IMG/VR virus record: IMGVR_UViG_3300031999_007842
Coordinates: 1-53,707 of that record
Reading direction: 5' to 3' (one strand)
Length of the DNA stretch: 53,707 bases
Origin: a virus
Taxonomy: Duplodnaviria; Heunggongvirae; Uroviricota; Caudoviricetes
This document shows positions 8,763 to 16,476 of this stretch, piece after piece; position 1 is the first letter of the stretch; each line of letters begins with the position of its first letter. A model generated the notes under the pieces. The model was not told where the DNA came from. It ran no database searches and worked only from the letters and a program-made list of their open reading frames with translations. The translations under genes and the position numbers were made by a program.

Positions 8763-10925
8763 TTATGGAAGAGCCACTATTGAATCCGCGGTTCTAATTG
8801 CACCCTGAGTATATCCTGTGGTCTTGAATTCACCTTTTGTCTGGAATGGAATTATGCCTTTCTTTCTGACACGTAGCATGACATATCTGTCTGCTTGATA
8901 GATCACTGTCACTGTAATTATTCCAGTACCACCTGCTGCCTGATCTACATAAGGTACATATGCCTTCTCAGTGCCATCATATATTCTCGCTGTAACAGGA
9001 GATATTGAAAAGCGCTTAGCTGTTTTATCGACTGCAGAGTAAGCGTAGATATCCTCCCCCTCATCTGGATCTCCGATGTTATATCTAACCCGTAATACTC
9101 CAGCAGGTGTGCCGGAAGGCAGGTCTTTCCAGAGAGTTGCCAAGTCCTCTGTAACATCGACATAAGCCAAACCTATTGTTCCAGCCACAACAGAGAATTG
9201 ATCTTTATCTATTGTATAGTTATCTCCAGTTGTCTTAGCAACCAGGACTCTGTCACCAGATTGTAGTGATGAGATAACGAAGTTAGCTTGAATTGGTGGA
9301 TCTTGAGTTGTATTGAGAGCATCAATCAGAGAGTAATTCATGATATCGTCACTATGCATGTCTTGAATCCAGACACCTCTAGCGCCAAAGAGCTTACCAC
9401 CTGCGAATGTTGCGAATGGAGAACCTTTCTTCATCTGGGTATAGCTTGTATCAGCCACAATGTATCTCTCACCATTGTAAGAGTAGATTGTGCTAGTTCC
9501 GTTAGTTGGGTAAGTTTGAATAGTTGAAGTCCTTCTACAGTAAGCTTTGAGAACCTCATATAGGTCGTCTACATGCAAACCATTGAGGTCCACGATAACA
9601 TTCCAAGTTGGAACTATTGTAGCTCCATTGTTTAAGTCTTTCTCAATTGTATCCTCGAATCCATTGGCTCCTTTAGCTGCTGCATCGAATGTATTTGAGG
9701 TGATGATTGTTCCACTAACAATGGCAAAGGTGCTTCCTCCAACTAGCAACTCATCATTGTCATCAAAAGTTCCCGTGACACCAGTAACAAAGATAACACC
9801 TTTTGTTCCTACTCCTTCAGGATCTTGTGTAATCTTCCTTATTACGGCTGTACCGGAATCTGTGCTAACTGTGCTTCCGTCTGTGAAGAGTGCTAGCTGT
9901 CCATCGAACTTGATTTCTCTACAAAGCTCTAGGTTTTCTGTATCTGCAAAGGTGCCTTCTATATTGCCAAGTGTAAAAGTACCTGGATCAGTAGTCGGTG
10001 CATTTAGAATAAAAGCAGTAGCATGTGAAGTTTCTCCATGAAGTACCATATGAATAACTGGATCCTCGCCGACACTGGTTTCAAAGCCTATAGTTCCATT
10101 GACAAACATTATTCTGACAGTATCCAAGTTATTGAGAACTGTTCCGATCGCTGTCGGGTTATCCAGATCATTTGAAGTAGCCAGAGGCACAGCGTTGCGA
10201 CCACCAGAAGATAGATCAATTGGGAAGTGGTCATACAAGTCTGTCCAGACACGGGCAAACACTGTAATGTCAGCTCCGTCTATTTCTGCACCAGCTTCTT
10301 TCACTTTGACCAGAAGATCAACATGCCCTGATGGCCAGTAAGAGGTAATCTTGCTACCTGCTTGATAGATGAAAATGTCTGTTCCTGTTTCAATGCTACC
10401 TAGAGTGTAGATGTTTGCCCAGAGTTTCTCGCCAAAGGTTCCACCATTTGCATCTAAAGTTCCAGCGCCTGTTCCACCATCTAGAGTAAGAGTATTGCTT
10501 GGGGCAAATGTCGAAGATTCTCGTACCCACCATTCTCTCTCTGTATTATTATAATCGAGCAGAACACCGAACGTAGAACCTCCACTCAAAACATGTAATC
10601 CTATATCTGCTGTTCCTGCTTCTATATAGTTTGAAGCTGCGAACTGCATATATTCCACAGCCCCAACAAAGCCATCTGACTTGATAGCTCCAGTCTTCAC
10701 AAAACGCATGCTCAAGTCATCAATGAACCAGCCATTTATGAAGGAATATTCTGTAGGGGTCTGAGCAGACATGGGGACCTCGTCGTCCATAGCCCCTTGC
10801 TCATCAAAGGTATCCATTAGCCAGGAATACAAAGCATTAGCCGTATAGACCTGAGTTCCCGAATTATGATAGACTCTCTTCATGTCATAATCTATTGCAA
10901 AGTCTACCGAAATTGTACCTGCCAT
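8763..10925 (-). CDS. Large virion structural protein
   Basis: ~720 aa G/T/D-rich beta protein preceded by a CTTAAATAT promoter. Confidence 0.55.
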   Translation of the reverse strand: MAGTISVDFAIDYDMKRVYHNSGTQVYTANALYSWLMDTFDEQGAMDDEVPMSAQTPTEYSFINGWFIDDLSMRFVKTGAIKSDGFVGAVEYMQFAASNYIEAGTADIGLHVLSGGSTFGVLLDYNNTEREWWVRESSTFAPSNTLTLDGGTGAGTLDANGGTFGEKLWANIYTLGSIETGTDIFIYQAGSKITSYWPSGHVDLLVKVKEAGAEIDGADITVFARVWTDLYDHFPIDLSSGGRNAVPLATSNDLDNPTAIGTVLNNLDTVRIMFVNGTIGFETSVGEDPVIHMVLHGETSHATAFILNAPTTDPGTFTLGNIEGTFADTENLELCREIKFDGQLALFTDGSTVSTDSGTAVIRKITQDPEGVGTKGVIFVTGVTGTFDDNDELLVGGSTFAIVSGTIITSNTFDAAAKGANGFEDTIEKDLNNGATIVPTWNVIVDLNGLHVDDLYEVLKAYCRRTSTIQTYPTNGTSTIYSYNGERYIVADTSYTQMKKGSPFATFAGGKLFGARGVWIQDMHSDDIMNYSLIDALNTTQDPPIQANFVISSLQSGDRVLVAKTTGDNYTIDKDQFSVVAGTIGLAYVDVTEDLATLWKDLPSGTPAGVLRVRYNIGDPDEGEDIYAYSAVDKTAKRFSISPVTARIYDGTEKAYVPYVDQAAGGTGIITVTVIYQADRYVMLRVRKKGIIPFQTKGEFKTTGYTQGAIRTADSIVALP

Positions 10926-10974
10926 ATTCAATCACTATCCTTTAATTACCCTTTTGCATATTTAAGAGTTCTGC

Positions 10975-12573
10975 CTAAGTTGGTGCTGCTACAGTATCTC
11001 TTGCCAGGGTGATATATAAGGTAAGACCAGTTAGACCTATTGTGGCATATTGCCTTACTGAGACATATCTGGTCTCCACCCCAGGAGTAGATTTTCTAAC
11101 CCTCACAACTATATCTGCACCTGCGGAGCCTGTGTAACCCTCTGAGGCTTTACCGGTTCCATCAGTATCTTCATTCATCAATTGTGTGTAGGGAGAATTA
11201 CGGAGAAAGATAGCAGTTTGAGCGTCTTGGATAGGGCCACCATCCTCATCTGATACATATACTATTAAGGGAAGAGAGGTTTGGATATCCACGGTTCCTG
11301 AACCTGTAGCACTCCAGGTCGTGGCATCAGAATTTGTGTTCTTAACTACCAGGACTCCAGAGCCAGCAGAGAAATAGATGTCGTATGTATTCCCTATGAA
11401 TGTAACATTGACAAGATCTATTGTTCCAGCCGAGGCCACTTCTATTGCTTTAGGATTGTTGATGAATGAACAGTAGGAGAGATTGTGAACCAGAGGCAGT
11501 TTACAGGCAATATCATCTGCTGAAATGAAATTGCAATATGAGATCTGAGTGAGTTGAGCATCCACCTTTGCTCCAGCTTCAAAGTTTGTATTCTTGGCTC
11601 TACTGTCTGCCACATTAGGGAAAGTAATTGTGGAAGCATCAAAGAAGTTTGTTCCAAAGAGTCCAAATGTATTAAGGTAGTCACTTGGATCTGGAGCCAC
11701 AACATTGAACTTGGGAGCTCCTGAAGTTCTGAAAGCACATCCTGATACTTCAGTCGTTGGATCCCCGAAGTAGACTTCAGTGATTGTACTAGAGTTCCCT
11801 TGCACGGTTAATGTATAAAATTGGGCAGGAAAGTCTGTAGTCTCAGGTGTTCTATATACAAGCACTTCAGAAGTGTCTTTGAAGTAGGTAGGCCATGTGG
11901 AACTATTCCCTATCGTCACGTTTCCTTTACTAATTAGGATACCATTTTCTCTAGACATTAAGCCATATTTGTTGGCAACCAAGTCTTCTGCAGTAATGAA
12001 ATCATCGAAGGTAGCAGGAGCACCTGAGGTCCCACCACGAATTGAAAGTCCAGTCCCCCAGCGTACTGCATCCCAGAAACAGTTGGGAGTTACTTTTGCT
12101 AGAGCTTTTACTGCCCAAATTATTCCAATCTTAGAAACTGCAGTTAGATCAAGAGTTCCAGCTGAAGCATTGGCCGTAGCACCAGTGTGAATAGCAAAAG
12201 GTGTCCAGGCTCCTCCCCATGTATTATTTCCTGCTAAATACCAATCTTTATAGTTACCTGCAGAACTCTCTATTCTAATTCCGAGTCCTCCTTCCGATTT
12301 TAATCTCAAAATTGAAGGTTGGACTGTCATTGCCCAGAAGACAACGAGTTTGTTAGTAAGATTTGGCAAAGTTGCCTTGATAGAAAAGTAAGTAATTATG
12401 ACAGTTCCTGGGGATGCCTTACTTACTTTAACTGAGTTGGAAGTAGATCCTTGGATAAAATCAACAGTGTCAGCCGTTGGCGCTGGAGACCAATCTGTGA
12501 TTGTTTCACAATCACTATATGTAGTGGAAGCTCCTATAAAGAATGCCAGGTCTGTTTCAACTGTTCCTGCCAT
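10975..12573 (-). CDS. Virion protein with probable beta-helix and Ig-like parts
   Basis: 532 aa, S/T/G/A-rich, repeated 'YCNFIS/YCSFINN/VTFIGN' strands, C-terminal transthyretin/Ig-like segment. Confidence 0.5.
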   Translation of the reverse strand: MAGTVETDLAFFIGASTTYSDCETITDWSPAPTADTVDFIQGSTSNSVKVSKASPGTVIITYFSIKATLPNLTNKLVVFWAMTVQPSILRLKSEGGLGIRIESSAGNYKDWYLAGNNTWGGAWTPFAIHTGATANASAGTLDLTAVSKIGIIWAVKALAKVTPNCFWDAVRWGTGLSIRGGTSGAPATFDDFITAEDLVANKYGLMSRENGILISKGNVTIGNSSTWPTYFKDTSEVLVYRTPETTDFPAQFYTLTVQGNSSTITEVYFGDPTTEVSGCAFRTSGAPKFNVVAPDPSDYLNTFGLFGTNFFDASTITFPNVADSRAKNTNFEAGAKVDAQLTQISYCNFISADDIACKLPLVHNLSYCSFINNPKAIEVASAGTIDLVNVTFIGNTYDIYFSAGSGVLVVKNTNSDATTWSATGSGTVDIQTSLPLIVYVSDEDGGPIQDAQTAIFLRNSPYTQLMNEDTDGTGKASEGYTGSAGADIVVRVRKSTPGVETRYVSVRQYATIGLTGLTLYITLARDTVAAPT

Positions 12574-13825
12574 TCATCTTTTTCCTCCTTTGTTCTATTC
12601 TCCACTTCTTCGCACGTCTCCTAGCAAAACTAGCGATCTCCGGGCGTGTATCCTCTCTACAATCATAACTTTTACATGACATAGGGAGATTAGGCCAGAG
12701 CTTGCATCTTCTGTTCTTTTCATCGAAGAACTGGCACTTATCATCTTTGATATCTAGAACTGCAAGGTACTTAGCTTTTATTCCTTGTGCTTTCAGCCAG
12801 TCTGGTAATGGGTCATATGTGACTGGAAACTTGTTGGTTAGAAATTCCTCTGCGTTAAGAACAGGTCTAAGAGATCCTCTGCAACTGCATGGAGCAGGAC
12901 ATCCATCACACATCGATGGTTTCTGCAGACCTTGCTCTATAGTAGCCACCTTAAGCATTTCACCATCTTTTGGAATATTCCAAGTTCTTACCTGGATTTT
13001 TCCTTTAACATTTCTTGTCGTAATATCATCTTTCACCCATTTTCTTATCTTCTCTTTTGCTTCTTCTTTAGTAGCCAGTCTAGCTCCATGAAGAACAGCA
13101 AAAGATGGATCAAGAGTAGGAACATAACCTAATTTCTTTGCTCGTACTGCGAACCAAGTTTGTTCCCAAGAATGGAATTCAGGCATCATTTCGCCCTTAT
13201 GAGGAGGTTCAAACTTGGCTCCTTTGTGGATTACTTCAGATTTGATTAGGACTGCAGTGGTGGAGACATCTTCAAGTTTATAGAGAGTTGTTCTAACATC
13301 TTTTGGATATGATTCAAATAAAGCCATCACCTCAAAAGGACTACCTCGCAGTGCCTCTCCATTAAAGATTCTAAGCTTTTTTTCCTTGTCATAAATCAGA
13401 GGAATTAAGCAAAGGATAGGAAGATCTTTCGAAACCATAGCAGGAAGATTATTAGATAGATTAGTTATGTCTGAATCTAGCATCAAGACAAAGTCTTCAT
13501 CGCTCAAAGGTTTTAAAACCAGGTCCCTTGCAAACCCAATTTTGGTACATCTTTCTCTCGCTTTTCCAGGAGAATGACGATCTTCCCATGATAGTTTGTA
13601 CTTGAAGTCATGCTTTCGTATGAAGACTTTAGAGAAATCCTTGCCTTCCCATTCCTTCCACTTCTGGATAGCTTCCCAGGTTCCATCATCAGAGTCTGAC
13701 TCAAGAACAGATAGTGATAACTTATCTCTCGGGTAATCAAGATGCAGGAGAATATGCTCTAATGGCTCCAAAAACCTCTTCGAGTTCTTCATGGGGATAG
13801 CCACTAGAATCTTTGGGAGATCCAT
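12557..13825 (-). CDS. GT-A (GT2/Anp1-like) glycosyltransferase fused to a Cys-rich YkgJ-like domain
   Basis: ILVAIPMKN, ESDSDDGT, FVLMLDSDI (DxD); C-terminal CDGC..CSC..CQFFD..RCKLW..PMSCKSYDC. Confidence 0.7.
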   Translation of the reverse strand: MDLPKILVAIPMKNSKRFLEPLEHILLHLDYPRDKLSLSVLESDSDDGTWEAIQKWKEWEGKDFSKVFIRKHDFKYKLSWEDRHSPGKARERCTKIGFARDLVLKPLSDEDFVLMLDSDITNLSNNLPAMVSKDLPILCLIPLIYDKEKKLRIFNGEALRGSPFEVMALFESYPKDVRTTLYKLEDVSTTAVLIKSEVIHKGAKFEPPHKGEMMPEFHSWEQTWFAVRAKKLGYVPTLDPSFAVLHGARLATKEEAKEKIRKWVKDDITTRNVKGKIQVRTWNIPKDGEMLKVATIEQGLQKPSMCDGCPAPCSCRGSLRPVLNAEEFLTNKFPVTYDPLPDWLKAQGIKAKYLAVLDIKDDKCQFFDEKNRRCKLWPNLPMSCKSYDCREDTRPEIASFARRRAKKWRIEQRRKKMNGRNS

Positions 13826-13826
13826 G

Positions 13827-14162
13827 TTAACCCGCCTTTTCCCTTCCAACATGTTCCTCAGCTAAGTAGATTTCTTCTCCCTTGATCTGAAGGTCAACTA
13901 TCAAAGCTTTCTTGAACTTGGGTGAAGGTTTCCATTTAAGCACTAGAGGTTCCATCTTCCCAGGTTGGATTGTAGTTGGGCCATGTACTTCAAGAATTTC
14001 TGTAGGAGGCAAATGAGGAAATACAAACTCAAGGTTAGATAAGACTGCCTTTGAATCATTCTCTAAGTATACAGTGAGGGTCTTTTCATTCCCCACTTCT
14101 ACCTTTCCGAAGTGTATTTTCTGGAGAGGTATCTTCTTCTCAGCATCTGCCCAGATTTTCAT
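13827..14162 (-). CDS. Stand-alone Ig-like (ASH/PapD-like) domain protein
   Basis: IHFGKVEVGNEKTLTVYLEN..IQPG..LVLKWKP pattern. Confidence 0.55.
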   Translation of the reverse strand: MKIWADAEKKIPLQKIHFGKVEVGNEKTLTVYLENDSKAVLSNLEFVFPHLPPTEILEVHGPTTIQPGKMEPLVLKWKPSPKFKKALIVDLQIKGEEIYLAEEHVGREKAG

Positions 14163-16402
14163 TCTTTCTGCGCCTCAAGCCATTTCTCGATGAGTTCTAG
14201 TTTCTTCTTCTTGAGCTCTAGCTCTATTTTTCTTTCTTCAGGAGTCTTTTCTCTCCTTCTAAGTTCCTCATCTATTATTCTAGCTAGAGCTTCATCTTCA
14301 ACACTCTTATGTTCCTCCCTTATTAGTTCTCCGGCCCATGTGTGAAGCTCATTGCTTTTGATCCAATCACTTGCTTGAGTAATTGTCCATTTATCTGAGA
14401 ACTTGATTCTCGAGACTCTAGCTCCATGAATGGTTCCAGGTCTAGGATAGAGGCATATTAAGACTTCCTGAACCTCTGCAGGAACATCTTTCAAAGCAGG
14501 AACATACTTCTCTGGATTGTCTACACATCTGGAGAATTCTCGTTGGTCATAGATCTCCAACCAGAAATAGTCCCACCCTGCTTTCCTTATTTCTTTGAAG
14601 GGTGCGAAATAGTCTCCTTTACTTGGGTCGCCTGCACTTAGAGGATGGGGAACTTTTGCTCTCTCAAAAAAGCCCACACCCTCTCGTTCTAGGTAGACAA
14701 AGTAGCCCTTCAACTTCTCACCTTCAAACTCCATTGAATAGAACCTAGGAGGATTTTGGTCAATTAGTACAACCTTTCCTTTGTCAATTGGCGTAACATA
14801 AGTCTTGAGATCTCCAACTTTCATCTCAGTCTTTGGTTTGTCTATCTTCATCCAGGGTTCCGGATTCTTGCATATCTTATACATTGACTTATAGCCAATA
14901 CCTTCACCTTTAATATCTAAAGGATTACCCCAGATATTGAATTCAAAGCTCTTGCTTATTCTTACATCCCAATGCTTCTTAAGACCTACTGAAGTTTCTA
15001 TCTCATGAAGTTGTAATACAAAGGTAGCTCCTTCAAGATCCTCCGAAAGTCCCTCGATAGTATAAATTGAGCTTCCTTTCTCTTCCTGAGCAATACGTCT
15101 TTTGCCAGCCAAATCCTTACCATGGAATGTGACTAAAAGAACTTCTGCTCCTTCAACTATCTCAGTATCTACTGAGCAAGATCCTTTGTCTATGATAGTC
15201 ATCTTGCCAGTCAAAGACTTCGATGGATTATATTTGCTATTAGGAGGGATATCTCCTTCGAATGAAATCCACTTCTTGTCAACTATGCCTTCATAAGTCA
15301 AAGGAACTGGGGAGAATCTAGTGAAATCTGTCTCTGCTTTCCAGGAATGAACCTTATCTCCTTCTTCAATCCTTAAGAACCATTTTTGATTAGGAATGCC
15401 TCTGACAACCACTTGTCCCATATAAGATAGATAATGGACTACGAACTTGGAACTTGTTCCCTCCACTTGATGTTTGATTGCACCACAATAGGCTTCTGGA
15501 TTACCTTTGTCCTGGTTCTTTCTGACACAATCAGCGAAGTCCTTATAACCAGCAAATGGTAGCTGTTCAAGCGACCTTGCTTTCTCTTCCTTCTCTTTTC
15601 CTGCAGGGGCTGCATTTCCTCTACCAGCCCAAGCATCTTTAACCCATGTTTCCCAAGCTTCATATTTTTCACCCTTTCTCCAGTCTGGTGGTACAGGAAT
15701 GTATCCCTTAGGAGGCTTCCATTTCTTCTTAAAACCTCTGTCTATAGCGTAAGGGACTTGATCTCCAGGGATCAGAACTCTCCACATCATTTCTGTGCCT
15801 TCCTTAGGTTTCTTTGTCTCTGGATCTATTACGCTAACATTGACTGCTCTCACCACTATTCTAGTCCAGTCTCCTGAACTGAAAGGTCCATCCCTCCTAT
15901 TACTCTTAATGAAGTACTCATGGAAATAGGGTTTCTGAGTACCAAAGTAAACCTTGCCTGTATCTATTATTATTATGACTCCTGGATGTTCTTTGGTAGC
16001 TCCTACCTCTCCAGGTTTAAGTATTCCTTCAACGGTCAACCATACCTTAGGTTGTCTGGCTTTCGTTTCTCCTCTAAATCCTTGGTTCTTATTCTCACTC
16101 TTGAATTCGAATCCATTGCTTCTGATAGCCTCTTTTCCTTCTTCCATAGTAGAGGCTGGTTTACTAATTCCACCTGGTGTCAAGACTGTCCACCCAACAA
16201 GATGGTCATCTATTTCCATTCTCCAGTCTGTGTGCACTGAACGACCTCTGATGTGCCATTGCATTACATAGCTAAGTTCCTGCTTAGTATCTGGATATTC
16301 CATATAAGGAGCAAGTAAAGCTCCACCTTCTCCTCCTTCTCCACCTTTTGGAGTTGATTTGAGGACTTCTAGCCAATTAATCATTGAAACTTTAATCTTC
16401 AT
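14159..16402 (-). CDS. Protein with three tandem LigD-type 3'-phosphoesterase (PE) domains
   Basis: YVMQWHIRGRSVHTDWRME..IIDTG; FVVHY..KWFLRIE..IIDKG..FHGKDLAG (degenerate); FVLQLHE..KHWDVRIS..PIDKG..FEGEKLKG. Confidence 0.7.
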   Translation of the reverse strand: MKIKVSMINWLEVLKSTPKGGEGGEGGALLAPYMEYPDTKQELSYVMQWHIRGRSVHTDWRMEIDDHLVGWTVLTPGGISKPASTMEEGKEAIRSNGFEFKSENKNQGFRGETKARQPKVWLTVEGILKPGEVGATKEHPGVIIIIDTGKVYFGTQKPYFHEYFIKSNRRDGPFSSGDWTRIVVRAVNVSVIDPETKKPKEGTEMMWRVLIPGDQVPYAIDRGFKKKWKPPKGYIPVPPDWRKGEKYEAWETWVKDAWAGRGNAAPAGKEKEEKARSLEQLPFAGYKDFADCVRKNQDKGNPEAYCGAIKHQVEGTSSKFVVHYLSYMGQVVVRGIPNQKWFLRIEEGDKVHSWKAETDFTRFSPVPLTYEGIVDKKWISFEGDIPPNSKYNPSKSLTGKMTIIDKGSCSVDTEIVEGAEVLLVTFHGKDLAGKRRIAQEEKGSSIYTIEGLSEDLEGATFVLQLHEIETSVGLKKHWDVRISKSFEFNIWGNPLDIKGEGIGYKSMYKICKNPEPWMKIDKPKTEMKVGDLKTYVTPIDKGKVVLIDQNPPRFYSMEFEGEKLKGYFVYLEREGVGFFERAKVPHPLSAGDPSKGDYFAPFKEIRKAGWDYFWLEIYDQREFSRCVDNPEKYVPALKDVPAEVQEVLICLYPRPGTIHGARVSRIKFSDKWTITQASDWIKSNELHTWAGELIREEHKSVEDEALARIIDEELRRREKTPEERKIELELKKKKLELIEKWLEAQKE

Positions 16403-16427
16403 TGTGAATCCTCTCTTTGATACTTTC

Positions 16428-16438
16428 TATAAAGTTCT
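16428..16438 (-). promoter_or_regulatory. BRE/TATA-like promoter of the PE gene
   Basis: AGAACTTTATA about 26 nt upstream of ATG 16402. Confidence 0.45.
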
Positions 16439-16476
16439 TTGTTTAGAAGGAGGCTGTTCTGATCTTCTAGCTGGCA

